From contig CBDBDQ010000005.1 of NCBI GenBank assembly GCA_965203905.1, positions 2,048,001-2,112,000 of the forward strand: 64,000 nucleotides of DNA. The letters are read 5' to 3'. The DNA is from Spirochaetia bacterium (GTDB lineage Bacteria; Spirochaetota; Spirochaetia; SZUA-6; Bin103). Under the pieces are notes generated by a model. It did not search any database, was not told where the DNA came from, and saw only the letters and a list, made by a program, of their open reading frames with translations. The translations under genes and the position numbers were made by a program. Positions 21,079 to 30,880 of the stretch are shown in pieces. Each line of letters starts with the position of its first letter. The first letter of the stretch is position 1.

Positions 21079-21777
21079 ATGATGCGCCACGGTCACTCCA
21101 TTACGGCGAAGACCATGACAACCGATGCACCGGCAGCGCCGGCTGGCCGGCTTTTTCGCGTCACGCACGGCAGGTACGGCGCAACCGAGCCAGCTCGCGG
21201 GACCCGTAGCGCAACCCAGATAGAACTGTTCCGCAAGGCGATCCACATGGCGATCGCCGCGGTGCCCACCATCGCCGCTCTGGATGTGCTGGTGGCCGCG
21301 GGCCTGCTCGGCGTGGGCATAATGATCTACATCGCCGCGGAGCAGGCCCGGCTGACCGGGACCCGCGTGGCCGTGATCTCCGACCTGACCCTGCTGGCGC
21401 TGCGGGAGCGGGATGGCCGGGGATTCGTGCTCGGTCCGGTGACGCTCGGGCTCGGTGCCATGCTGGCCCTGCTGTTGTACCCGGAGCCGGCGGCTTCGGT
21501 GGCCATCTATGCCCTCGCCTTCGGAGACAGCGCCGCCGCCCTCGTGGGAACCGCCTTCGGGCGCATCAAGATCCCGTACACGGGCGGCAAGACCCTGGCC
21601 GGCAGTGCGGCCTGCTGTGCGGTGGTGCTGGCGATCACCCTGCGCATGACCGGCGATGTTGCGGCGTCGCTGGCGGTAGCCGTGGCCGCCGCGTTGCTGG
21701 AGGCCGCACCCACCCGCGACTACGACAATCTCATGCTGCCGGTCGGCGCCGGGCTCGTGGCTCACTACGTGTTGTAG
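21079..21777 (+). CDS. Dolichol/phytol kinase-like membrane protein (CTP_transf_1 superfamily)
   Basis: ELFRKAIHM, FGDSAAALVG, GKTLAGS, DNLMLP; start uncertain. Confidence 0.85.
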   Translation: MMRHGHSITAKTMTTDAPAAPAGRLFRVTHGRYGATEPARGTRSATQIELFRKAIHMAIAAVPTIAALDVLVAAGLLGVGIMIYIAAEQARLTGTRVAVISDLTLLALRERDGRGFVLGPVTLGLGAMLALLLYPEPAASVAIYALAFGDSAAALVGTAFGRIKIPYTGGKTLAGSAACCAVVLAITLRMTGDVAASLAVAVAAALLEAAPTRDYDNLMLPVGAGLVAHYVL

Positions 21778-21840
21778 TGCGGCTTCAGCGCGCCTCGTTT
21801 CTCATTGACAGGCGCGGGCGCCCACCGGCAAGGTCACGCC

Positions 21841-23055
21841 ATGGCAGAAATCCGCAACGTCGGCGTTATCACCAGCGGCGGTGATGCCGGCGGATTGAAC
21901 GGCGTCATCCGCGGCGTAGCCGCAATGTGTCAGCACCTGGGGTTCGGCGCGTACGTCATTCCGAACGGTTATGCCGGCCTTTACAATCTGGTGGACCTAC
22001 CCCGCCTGGTGCGGCTGGACCGGGACCGGGTGGACCGTATCGACTCGGCGCGCGCCGGCTCCGAGGCCGGTCACTCCCGCGTCAAGATTTCCAGGATCGA
22101 CGACCCCGACAAGTATGAGCGCATCGGGCGCGGTCTGGCACAGCACGCGATTGATGCATTGGTGATCTCCGGCGGCGACGACACCGGCAGCGTGGTGGTG
22201 GACCTGGTGGCGCACGGGATCCGCTGTGTGCACGCGCCCAAGACGATGGATCTCGACCTGCAGACCTACTCGGTGGGTGGCGATTCGGCGGTCAACCGGA
22301 TCGCACGGATGGTGCAGGACGCCAAGACTACCGGCACTACCCACAATCGCATCATGATCACGGAGGTGTTCGGCCGCTACGCGGGCCACACGGCGCTGCG
22401 CGGCGGGGTGGCGGCGGATGCCGACTGCATCCTGCTGCCGGAGGTGCCCGCCGATCTCGACATCGTCTATCGCCACGCCAAGGAACGCCTGTTCCGCCGC
22501 GTGCGCGGCAGCGACGTACACGCCGGCACCTATACCATCGTCGTTGCCGAGGGGCTGCGCGACGCCGGCGGCGCGGTGATGACCGACACCAGCGCGGGCG
22601 TGGACGCCTTCGGCCACGGCAAGCTGGCCGGTGCCGGCAAGTACGTGCGCTCCGAGCTGGAGCGGCGCATCGCGGCGGACCCCGACACCGGCGCCTACAT
22701 GCGCGCCACCGGCCAGTTCGTCGCCGGCATCTACGAGGCGCCCGAGGTGCGCGAGCTGACACCCAGCCACCTGGTGCGTTCGGGCGGCTCGACCGCGTAC
22801 GACGTCAACTTCGGCAAACAGATCGGCGCCGGTGCGGTAGCGCTGCTGGCGGCCGGCATCTCCGGGGTAACGGCAGCCGGCGGCGACCGCGGCGAGGTGC
22901 GGTACCTGGCCACGGCGGCGGCCATCGAGCAGTGTCACGTGGCCCCGGAGACGGTGGCATTCCATGAGGCGCTCGGCGTGTGCTTCGGCCGTGAGCCGGC
23001 AGACCCCAGCCTGCAGATGCGCGAACTCGGTGCCGTCGAGCAACGCTACCTGTAA
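21841..23055 (+). CDS. Phosphofructokinase, PPi-dependent type
   Basis: TSGGDAGG, GGDDT (Asp = PPi type), PKTMDLD, EVFGR. Confidence 0.88.
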   Translation: MAEIRNVGVITSGGDAGGLNGVIRGVAAMCQHLGFGAYVIPNGYAGLYNLVDLPRLVRLDRDRVDRIDSARAGSEAGHSRVKISRIDDPDKYERIGRGLAQHAIDALVISGGDDTGSVVVDLVAHGIRCVHAPKTMDLDLQTYSVGGDSAVNRIARMVQDAKTTGTTHNRIMITEVFGRYAGHTALRGGVAADADCILLPEVPADLDIVYRHAKERLFRRVRGSDVHAGTYTIVVAEGLRDAGGAVMTDTSAGVDAFGHGKLAGAGKYVRSELERRIAADPDTGAYMRATGQFVAGIYEAPEVRELTPSHLVRSGGSTAYDVNFGKQIGAGAVALLAAGISGVTAAGGDRGEVRYLATAAAIEQCHVAPETVAFHEALGVCFGREPADPSLQMRELGAVEQRYL

Positions 23056-23116
23056 CGGCAGCAGTCGGCCGCACGGCAGGAGTCGGCCGGTGTGCGAGCC
23101 GCGGTGGAACGGCCGG

Positions 23117-23977
23117 TCAGGGGCCGGTGCGGTCGCGGAGGCCGTAGGAGCGCAGGACAAGGGTCTGCGCCAGGCGATCCGGCAGCAGGCGGCGGACGAA
23201 GCGCAGCGCGGGCGCCGCGCTGCCGCAGGCGACGATGGGCGGCGGGCGGCGGGTGGCCAGAACCTGGAGCACGCGCCGCGCCACCGTCTCGGGTGCGGGC
23301 GCGGCGGCCATCTTGCGCGCGCGCGCGCCTTCCACCCGGGCATAGCCGGCGCGGTACGCCGGGCCGGCCGCGCCACTGCGCAGCGGTGTGATGCGGGTGG
23401 CGATGTCGCCCGGCTCCAGCAGCACCACGGCGACGCCATGGTCCCCCAGCTCGCCCCGCAACGCCAGGCTGTAGGCGCGCAGTGCCCCTTTGGAGGCCGC
23501 GTACACGGCGTGGTACGGCACGGGGTACTCGGCGATCAGGGAGCCGATGTTCAGCAGGTGCGCGGGCGCTCCCCCGCGTGCGTGAGTGCGCAATGCCGGC
23601 AGCAGGAATTGGATGAGCCGCACCGCCCCCCACAGGTTGACCTCGAACACCTGCCGCGCGCGCGGCACCGGGAACTCCTCCGCGGGTCCGAGCGCACCCA
23701 CTCCCGCGTTGTTGATCAGCGCCGCCAGGGAGCCGCCGGCGATCTCCACGCAGGCGGCGGCGAAGCGCTCGATGGAACCGCCGTCGGCCAGATCGAGACG
23801 CAGGTAGTGAACCGCGCCGCGCTCCGGGCCGGAGCCGCCCGCGGGCGGCTGGCGCACTCCCGCCAGCACCGTGCAGCCGGCCGCGCACAAGGCGCGTGCG
23901 GTCGCCGCTCCGATGCCGCGGCTGGCGCCGGTGAGTGCCACGAACCGCTGCTGCTGACCCTTGCCGCCGCTGGTCAT
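23117..23977 (-). CDS. SDR family oxidoreductase
   Basis: TGASRGIG, NNAG, YAASK. Confidence 0.9.
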   Translation of the reverse strand: MTSGGKGQQQRFVALTGASRGIGAATARALCAAGCTVLAGVRQPPAGGSGPERGAVHYLRLDLADGGSIERFAAACVEIAGGSLAALINNAGVGALGPAEEFPVPRARQVFEVNLWGAVRLIQFLLPALRTHARGGAPAHLLNIGSLIAEYPVPYHAVYAASKGALRAYSLALRGELGDHGVAVVLLEPGDIATRITPLRSGAAGPAYRAGYARVEGARARKMAAAPAPETVARRVLQVLATRRPPPIVACGSAAPALRFVRRLLPDRLAQTLVLRSYGLRDRTGP

Positions 23978-24036
23978 CGCTCGCTGCCCCGGTGGCCAAT
24001 GTACCGCCGCGCGCCCGCCTGTACACGTGGCGCGGG

Positions 24037-24705
24037 ATGGCGTCCCGCAGCATGAGGCGCGGCAAGCGGGACGCCCCGGCGGTGCGGGTCGAGCGCATCC
24101 GTGTCGCGTTGCGCGAGGAGTACCCGGACACGCCCTGCCCGCTCGACCATCGCAACGCCTACGAGCTTCTGGTTGCCACCATCCTGTCGGCGCAATGCAC
24201 CGACGCGCGGGTGAACGTCGTCACGCCGGCGCTGTTTCGCCGCTACCCGGACCCCGCCGCCCTGGCCGGCGCGGACCCCGAGGAACTGCAGCAGTTGATC
24301 CGCAGCACCGGATTCTTCCGCAACAAGTCGCGCAACCTGATTGCCTGCGCGCGTGCCATAGGGGACCTCCATCGTGGCCGCGTACCGCCCGCCCTCGAGG
24401 ACCTGGCGGCGCTGCCCGGAGTCGGGCGCAAGACCGCCAACGTCATGCTGGCGCACTGGTTCGGGGGCCCCGCGGTGGTGGTCGATACCCACTTTCGGCG
24501 CGTTGCGCGCCGCCTCGGACTGGCCACCGCTACCGATCCCGACCGGATCGAGGCCCAGATCCGCGCGCTGGTGCCGGCGCAGCACCAGACCGAGCTCTCG
24601 GCGGTGGTCAACTATCACGGCCGCCGCTGCTGCAGCGCCCGCCGGCCGCAGTGCGAACGCTGCGTGGTAGCACCACTGTGCCCCTACTACACGAGCCTGA
24701 CCTAG
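24037..24705 (+). CDS. nth: Endonuclease III
   Basis: LSAQCTD, LPGVGRKTANV, VDTH, C-X6-C-X2-C-X5-C. Confidence 0.95.
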   Translation: MASRSMRRGKRDAPAVRVERIRVALREEYPDTPCPLDHRNAYELLVATILSAQCTDARVNVVTPALFRRYPDPAALAGADPEELQQLIRSTGFFRNKSRNLIACARAIGDLHRGRVPPALEDLAALPGVGRKTANVMLAHWFGGPAVVVDTHFRRVARRLGLATATDPDRIEAQIRALVPAQHQTELSAVVNYHGRRCCSARRPQCERCVVAPLCPYYTSLT

Positions 24706-24748
24706 CTTGCTAAGGCGCAAGCCAGGCCGCACACTGCGCGCAACGGCA

Positions 24749-25969
24749 ATGCAAGCTACTCACGATCCCGGCCGAGACCCGATCGCCGCCCTGCAGGTGA
24801 GCAACGACCGCCGAATCCTGCTGCTGGTGATGGACGGTCTGGGCGGCCTGCCGCGCGCACCCGGCGGCCCCACCGAGCTGGAGGCGGCGCGCACTCCGAA
24901 CCTCGATGCCCTGGCCCGCGATGCGGAGTGCGGGCTGCACCTCCCCGTCGACTACGGCATCGCGCCCGGCTCGGCGCCCGGGCACCTGGCCCTGTTCGGC
25001 TACGATCCGCTGCAGTACCCGATCGGCCGCGGCATCGTGGCCGCGCTCGGCATCGGCTTCCCGGTGCGCAGCGGGGATGTCGCCGTGCGCCTGAACTTCG
25101 CCACCCGCGACGGTGCCGGGGCGGTAACCGACCGCCGCGCCGGGCGGATCCCCACCGAGCTGTGCGCCGAACTGGCTGCGCGCCTGGACGCGATCGACCT
25201 GCCCGGGGTGGAGGTGGCCGTGCGTCCGGTGCGCGACTACCGCGCCGTGGTGGTGTTGCGCGGCGCCGGGCTCAGCGACGCGGTGGCCGACACCGATCCT
25301 CAGGTCACCGGTGTCCCGGCCCGTGAGCCGAGCGCCACGGCCCCGGAGGGGAAGCACACCGCCGCCGTGACCGCGGCCTTCGTGGCCCGCGCCCGGGAAC
25401 TGCTGGCCGCGGCCGCGCCCGCCAACGAGGTGCTGCTGCGCGGCTTCGCGCAGTTGCCCGAGATACCGAGCCTGCAGCAGCGCTTCGGCCTGCGCCCGGT
25501 GGCGCTCGCGGTCTACCCCGACTACAAGGGCGTCAGCCGCCTGGTGGGGATGGAGGTGATCGACGACCTGGCCGACCTGGCGGCGCAGGGAAGGGCACTG
25601 GCGCAGGCCTGGCCCGACCACGACTACTTCTTCGTGCATCACAAGTACACCGACTCCACCGGTGAGGATGGCGACTTCGACGCCAAGGTGGCGGAAGTCG
25701 AGAAGGTGGACGCAGCTCTGCCCGAGCTGCTCGCCGGCGCTCCCGACGTGGTCATCGTCACCGGCGACCACTCCACGCCGAGCAGCGCCCGTTCGCACAC
25801 GGCACACCCGGTACCGTTCCTGATCCACGCCGCCGGGGCGCGCGCCGACACGGTGCGCGAGTTCGGGGAGCGCACCTGTTCCGGCGGCGCCTGGGGGGTG
25901 GTGCCGGGGCGGGCGTTGCTGGCCATCGCCCTGGGTCACGCCGGCAAGGTGGCGCGCTACGGCGCCTGA
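24749..25969 (+). CDS. apgM: Cofactor-independent phosphoglycerate mutase, ApgM type
   Basis: MDGLGG, TPNLD, PGSAPGHLALFGYDP, DRRAGRI, TGDHSTP. Confidence 0.9.
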   Translation: MQATHDPGRDPIAALQVSNDRRILLLVMDGLGGLPRAPGGPTELEAARTPNLDALARDAECGLHLPVDYGIAPGSAPGHLALFGYDPLQYPIGRGIVAALGIGFPVRSGDVAVRLNFATRDGAGAVTDRRAGRIPTELCAELAARLDAIDLPGVEVAVRPVRDYRAVVVLRGAGLSDAVADTDPQVTGVPAREPSATAPEGKHTAAVTAAFVARARELLAAAAPANEVLLRGFAQLPEIPSLQQRFGLRPVALAVYPDYKGVSRLVGMEVIDDLADLAAQGRALAQAWPDHDYFFVHHKYTDSTGEDGDFDAKVAEVEKVDAALPELLAGAPDVVIVTGDHSTPSSARSHTAHPVPFLIHAAGARADTVREFGERTCSGGAWGVVPGRALLAIALGHAGKVARYGA

Positions 25970-26000
25970 GGCCGGTGCCGGCGGCGCCAGCGGCGCCCCC

Positions 26001-26627
26001 GTGTCGGTCACCGGTGGACTCGAGAACGATGACCTGCTCGCGGCCTACGAGGCATCGCGCCAGCCACGGTTTCGGGTATACGAGCCGCGGCAGCGGGTAG
26101 TGGTCCTGGGGGCGGCGGGCAGCGCGGCGGCCGACGTGCATCGGGCGGCCGCCCGCGCGGCCGGCGTGCCGATCCGGCGCCGCCGCGGGGGCGGCGGTAC
26201 CGTGCTCCTCACCCCCGGCCAGGTGGTGGTGGCGCTGGTGACCGAGGTCGACCATCCCTACCGCAACCGCGCCTACGCCCGCGCCATCAACGACTGGTTC
26301 ATCGACGCGCTGCGGTGCTGCGGCGTCGGCGGGGTGGAACAGCGCGGGATCTCGGACCTGGCGATCGGCGACCGCAAGATATCGGGCAGCAGCGTGTTCC
26401 GCCGCCGCCGGGTGCTGTTCTTTCAGGCCAGCCTGTTGGTGAACAACGACCCCGCGGAGTTCGAGCGCTACCTTGCCTTTCCGGCACGGGTACCGGACTA
26501 CCGCCGTGGGCGCAGCCATCGCGAGTTCTGCACCACGCTGGCCGCCGCCGGGCATGCGCTCAGCGTGGCGCAGGTGCGCACCGCACTGCAGGCGGTCGTC
26601 GCGGAGCGCCTTCCGGGACTGCGTTGA
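26001..26627 (+). CDS. Lipoate-protein ligase (BPL/LplA) family catalytic domain
   Basis: RRRGGGGTVL, SDL..GDRKISGS. Confidence 0.85.
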   Translation: MSVTGGLENDDLLAAYEASRQPRFRVYEPRQRVVVLGAAGSAAADVHRAAARAAGVPIRRRRGGGGTVLLTPGQVVVALVTEVDHPYRNRAYARAINDWFIDALRCCGVGGVEQRGISDLAIGDRKISGSSVFRRRRVLFFQASLLVNNDPAEFERYLAFPARVPDYRRGRSHREFCTTLAAAGHALSVAQVRTALQAVVAERLPGLR

Positions 26628-28405
26628 TGTGGGCGCGGGCGCTAGGCGGTTTCGGGGCGGTGGTCGTCGCCGCACTGGCCGCCGCCGGCACGGCGTGCAG
26701 TCTGCTGGGCGCGCCCGAGCTGCCGTTCACCACCGCGGACGGGGAGGTGGTGGCGCTGCGCGCCCAGCGCCGGCCGCCCGCGCAGGCCGCCGCGGCACGG
26801 GAGGCGGGGGTGGCCGTCACCGCCATCGCTCCGCAGCATGGCGTCCTGGCAACCGCGCGGTTCAAGCTGGCCACGCCGGTGCTGCTGCGGCCCGGCGACG
26901 CGCTGGCGCTGGAGGTGAGCAGTGAGCTCGAGAGGTTTACCGTCGAGCTGTACGACGCGGCCGACAGCGTGGCGCGCAGCGAACAGGTTCAGGTGGGAGG
27001 CAGCGGCGAGCTGCGCTACCGGTTCGCAATCGAGCGGCCGCTGGAGCTGTGGGGCCTGCAGGTGCGCGTCCCGCCGCGGGCGTCCGCCGGGCGCCTGGAG
27101 TTACGGGCGGCGGGGGTAACGCAGCGCGAAGGGGCGCTGGTGGTGCGGGCGGGCACCCTGGTTGCCGGCAGCGGCTTCGTGCCGCGCGGCGACGCCCGCT
27201 TCGACGGCGCCGCGTTGTGGCCCGTGGACCTGGAGTTGGCGCCGTGGCAGTTCCCGCAGGGCGCCGCGCGGGACGCGAGCGGCGAGCTGCAGTGGCTGTT
27301 GGTGGTGGGGCTGCACAACGCGGCCGCCGCCGACTACCGGGAGCTGCGCGTCGTCCTGGAAGCGCCTGCCGCGCGGCGCACGTTCCTGGTCACGCTGCGC
27401 TCGGGACGACAGTTGCTCCACCTGCACGGAGGCGAGATCGGCTTCCGGCCGCGGCGCCTGTTGCTGCAGCAGGTGGATCCGGGAACGCCCTACACCGGTC
27501 TGATAACGGCCGCCGTGGAGCACCTGCCGCCTGCGCGGCCGGCGCCGGAGCTGGTCGCGCTGCCGGCCGACTTCAGCACGCCATTGCGCCTGGACCGGGC
27601 GCGGTGGCGCCGTCCCGAGTTCGAGCTCTACGCCTGGAACGGCGTCCGGGTGCACCAGGGCGCACTGGTGCTGGTGTTCGATACCGCCGACTACGCCACC
27701 CAGGCCCGCTTCTTTCGCCGGCTCGCGTTCTACGTGGAGAAGCGCGGCTACCGTGGCCGGCTGCTCGGCGACGGCGAGTTGCAGGGACTGCGCGGCTACA
27801 ACGCGCACGACTACGCCGCCGCGGACCTGGCACGGTTCTTCAGCGCGGCGCAGGCGGCCGGAATGGCGCTCACCGACGAGGAGTTGCTGCTGCGCGCGGT
27901 GGCGCTGACCCACGGCATCATCGAGCCCGACCCGGCCGGCGGCTGGCGTGCGGGCGCGGGTGCCATCCTTTCGATTTCGCAATCCTCCGGCGGCGCGCTG
28001 CGCCGCCTGCTGCTGCGGCACGAGGCGCTGCACGGGCTCTATTTCACCCACCCCGGCTACCAGGAGGCGGCGTTGGAGCTGTGGCAGGAGCTGAGTGCCA
28101 ACGAACGGTTGTACTGGCACCTGCTGCTGGACGCCGTAGGCTACGACATCGAATACGAATGGCTGGTGGTGAACGAGTTCCAGGCCTACCTGCTGCAGCA
28201 GGATGTCGCGCGCGTAACCAATCTGCTGGCGCTCTGGGCCGGGCGCCTGCGCGCGCGCCATCCGCAGCACGCGCGCGCCATCGATGCGGTGGCGGCCGAC
28301 GCCGAACGCTGGCGCGCGCTGCACCGGCGCATGGCCGCGGCGCTGGCCACCACCACCGGGGTGCGCAGCGCGGCCCTCACGCTGCTCCGCGTCGCAGGCG
28401 ACTGA
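26627..28405 (+). CDS. Hypothetical exported lipoprotein with HEXXH motif
   Basis: Signal peptide ending GTAC; C-terminal domain with RRLAFYVEKRGYRG, YNAHDY, HEALH, NEFQAY. Confidence 0.75.
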   Translation: MWARALGGFGAVVVAALAAAGTACSLLGAPELPFTTADGEVVALRAQRRPPAQAAAAREAGVAVTAIAPQHGVLATARFKLATPVLLRPGDALALEVSSELERFTVELYDAADSVARSEQVQVGGSGELRYRFAIERPLELWGLQVRVPPRASAGRLELRAAGVTQREGALVVRAGTLVAGSGFVPRGDARFDGAALWPVDLELAPWQFPQGAARDASGELQWLLVVGLHNAAAADYRELRVVLEAPAARRTFLVTLRSGRQLLHLHGGEIGFRPRRLLLQQVDPGTPYTGLITAAVEHLPPARPAPELVALPADFSTPLRLDRARWRRPEFELYAWNGVRVHQGALVLVFDTADYATQARFFRRLAFYVEKRGYRGRLLGDGELQGLRGYNAHDYAAADLARFFSAAQAAGMALTDEELLLRAVALTHGIIEPDPAGGWRAGAGAILSISQSSGGALRRLLLRHEALHGLYFTHPGYQEAALELWQELSANERLYWHLLLDAVGYDIEYEWLVVNEFQAYLLQQDVARVTNLLALWAGRLRARHPQHARAIDAVAADAERWRALHRRMAAALATTTGVRSAALTLLRVAGD

Positions 28406-28784
28406 GCAGCGTGGCACCGCCGGCTCCGGCGGCGACGCCGAGCAGGTTGGCCAGCGCATCCTCCAGTTGCGGCGCCCGTCCGGTAAAGCGCTGCGCCACT
28501 TCGATTCCGGCCCCGTAGCAGGTTCCCAGCAGCAGCGCGGCACCGCACCGCCACCAGACGCCCGGCAGCGGCCGGCCCGACGCGTCGCGTGCCGCCACCC
28601 CCAGGCTCACGGCGAGCAGCGCGCCCAGCAGCAGGTAGGCGAAGAAGTGCGCGGTGCGGTCGTGCGCCGAGGCCCACCCGGGCACCGTCGGGTAGAGCGA
28701 CGCCACCAGCACCAGCAGGGCATACAGCAACAGCAGCGCCCGCAGCGGCTGGCGGCGCCGCGGTTCAGCGCTCGGCGCCGGCAA
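28377..28784 (-). CDS. VanZ-like membrane protein
   Basis: DRTAHFFAY, IEVAQRF, DALANLLG. Confidence 0.8.
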   Translation of the reverse strand: MPAPSAEPRRRQPLRALLLLYALLVLVASLYPTVPGWASAHDRTAHFFAYLLLGALLAVSLGVAARDASGRPLPGVWWRCGAALLLGTCYGAGIEVAQRFTGRAPQLEDALANLLGVAAGAGGATLLSRLRRGAA

Positions 28785-29928
28785 CCGTCATCGCGGCCGC
28801 CATTGTGGCCGCACCGTTGGCTTCACCGCCGACCTCCGTAACCGGCACCATCCAGCCGTGGCGGTCCTCCAGGGCGCCGTACTGGACTCCCTTGAGGGTG
28901 CGCAGGAAGGAGCGGCTCACGGGCCCTATCTCGCCGTCGCCGAATACCTTCTCCCGGTCGTCATGGCGCAACGAGCTGAAGTGGGTCACGCCGGCGGCGG
29001 TGCCCGTGCCGAACGCCTCCACGGCGTCGTCGAGCACTTCTTCAACCGACACGGCGCGTTCCTCTACCGCCATACCCTGTTCCTGTGCCAGCTCGATGAT
29101 GGTGCGGCGGGTTATGCCGGGCAGGATCGTGTCGCCCAGCTCCGGGGTAACCAGGCGGCCGTCGCCGAGCACGAAGAACAGGTTGCAAGAAGAACCCTCC
29201 TCGACGTAGCGGTGGTGCTCCGCATCCAGGAACACGCACTCGATGAAGCCGGCCTGCTCCGCCTCCCGCTTGGCCAGGGCGCTGGTCACGTAGTTTGCGC
29301 TGCACTTGATCCAGCCGGTGCCGCCGGGGGTGGCGCGCACCCGCGTGGTGGTGACCGCGGGGGAGGTGTCGCCGGCGGCGAAGTAGGAGCCGACGCGGGT
29401 GCTGATCACGATGAACCAGGGCGCCCGGCTCAGGTTCACGCCGATGCCGCCCTCCGCCAGGGAGAACGGGCGTACGTACACCGAATGGCCGCTGGCGAAG
29501 TCGTCGCGCTCCCAGGCCGGATCGTAGGCGGGCGCGAAGCCGATCGCCTGGTTGCGCGCCACCACCCCCCGCGCCGCGGCCACGAACTGGTCCGCCGGCA
29601 CGCCGGGCATGTACAGCCCCTCCATCGAGCGCTGCATGCGCACGCCGTTCTCGTGCGGGCGGAACAGCTTCAGCGAGCCGTCCGGCTGCGGGAACGCCTT
29701 GAGCCCCTCGAAACAGGCCATCGCGTACTGGGTGCTGTAGTTGACCAGCGGCAGACCCGGGAACTCGTTGCGCTCGCGGTAGAGCTGCTCGCGTTCCGCC
29801 TCCGGCAACGCCTCTTCCTCGGCGGGAGTCAGATGCCGTTTCTCGAGGTAGCGCTGGTCCCACGACTCCCCGTCGAACTTGCTGAGGTAGACCCAAGGGT
29901 AAATGGAAAGACTGAATTCGGCAGCCAT
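28765..29928 (-). CDS. ilvE: Branched-chain amino acid aminotransferase (class IV PLP)
   Basis: CFEGLKAF, YVRPF, KCSANY, EEGSSCNLF, ILPGITR, GTAA. Confidence 0.88.
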   Translation of the reverse strand: MAAEFSLSIYPWVYLSKFDGESWDQRYLEKRHLTPAEEEALPEAEREQLYRERNEFPGLPLVNYSTQYAMACFEGLKAFPQPDGSLKLFRPHENGVRMQRSMEGLYMPGVPADQFVAAARGVVARNQAIGFAPAYDPAWERDDFASGHSVYVRPFSLAEGGIGVNLSRAPWFIVISTRVGSYFAAGDTSPAVTTTRVRATPGGTGWIKCSANYVTSALAKREAEQAGFIECVFLDAEHHRYVEEGSSCNLFFVLGDGRLVTPELGDTILPGITRRTIIELAQEQGMAVEERAVSVEEVLDDAVEAFGTGTAAGVTHFSSLRHDDREKVFGDGEIGPVSRSFLRTLKGVQYGALEDRHGWMVPVTEVGGEANGAATMAAAMTVAGAER

Positions 29929-30151
29929 GCGCCTTCACTCCTGGTAGCTCGGCAGCTTCCGGCATCGACCGGCGGCGCTGCCCGCAGGTGTAGTGGACCG
30001 ATGGTAGCGATCCGCTTCGCCCCCGGTCAACCTGGCATGCCACGCACCCCACCGCGGCTGCGTGGAGCACCGACGCGGCGCTGTTTGGCCGCGGCGCCCT
30101 TCCGATGGCACCGTGGCGTCCCCCGCGCCGCCGCCGTCACGTAGTTGTATT

Positions 30152-30171
30152 TTCCTACAAACATGTAGGAA
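30152..30171. promoter_or_regulatory. Inverted repeat, candidate enhancer or TF-binding site
   Basis: TTCCTACA-AACA-TGTAGGAA in an AT-rich patch about 95 bp upstream of the sigma54 box. Confidence 0.6.
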
Positions 30172-30265
30172 TCCTCTGTTTTTGAGGCACCGAAATGTCA
30201 GCTCCATCGGCACTCGGCGTACATGCCTGACGCGATTGCGGTGCCTTCGGGCGCCCCAACGGCGC

Positions 30266-30282
30266 TTGGCACGGGCGTTGCT
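30266..30282 (+). promoter_or_regulatory. sigma54 (-24/-12) promoter
   Basis: TTGGCACGGGCGTTGCT matches TGGCAC-N5-TTGC. Confidence 0.75.
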
Positions 30283-30880
30283 TTACTGGGTCCATGACGG
30301 CTGTGAAGGCGGGCAGGAGGATTTCTCTCTATCGATGCCACGGTCCGGTGCCGACAATGAGGGAGGATAAGCAGGTCACCGAGGGAAGTACTTGACAGGC
30401 GCGCCGAAGGGCGGGCACTGTTGCGCGGCAGCGTTGCGAGGACGGTCCGCGCAGGCGTGGGATAGCCTGTTCAAATCACGGACTTTGGCTGGTGGAAGGG
30501 CTGGACAAGCCTTTTGGCTGCTGCTACAGTCGCTGCTTCGGACGGTGACGATCCACACCGGCCGCCGACCGTGGCATGTAAGCTACCGCGTGTGCTTGAC
30601 ATGCTACGCAGCTGCCGGTAAATGATCTGAGGGTTACTGCGTATGCCGGCAGGGAGCTTCTGCCTTGCAGGAGCGTCCGATGCGGGTTACGGTGCCGAGA
30701 GGCACATGGACGGTGACGCCCTGAAGGGCTAATCTCGTCCGGCGGTTAACAGTGTTGACAACATCCGATTGCGTGGTGCATTATTGCGCCATCGGATAGC
30801 GGGGGCAGGGTTCTGCTAGGCCGTTGGCCAGGCTAAAGGCCCCGTACAAGAGGCCCCGGCAATAAGTGAAGGAGGAAGTG

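Noticed and set aside
30293-30800. GGA motifs suggesting a CsrB-like sRNA
   Set aside because: Density is about what base composition predicts, and the motifs are not clearly in repeated hairpin loops
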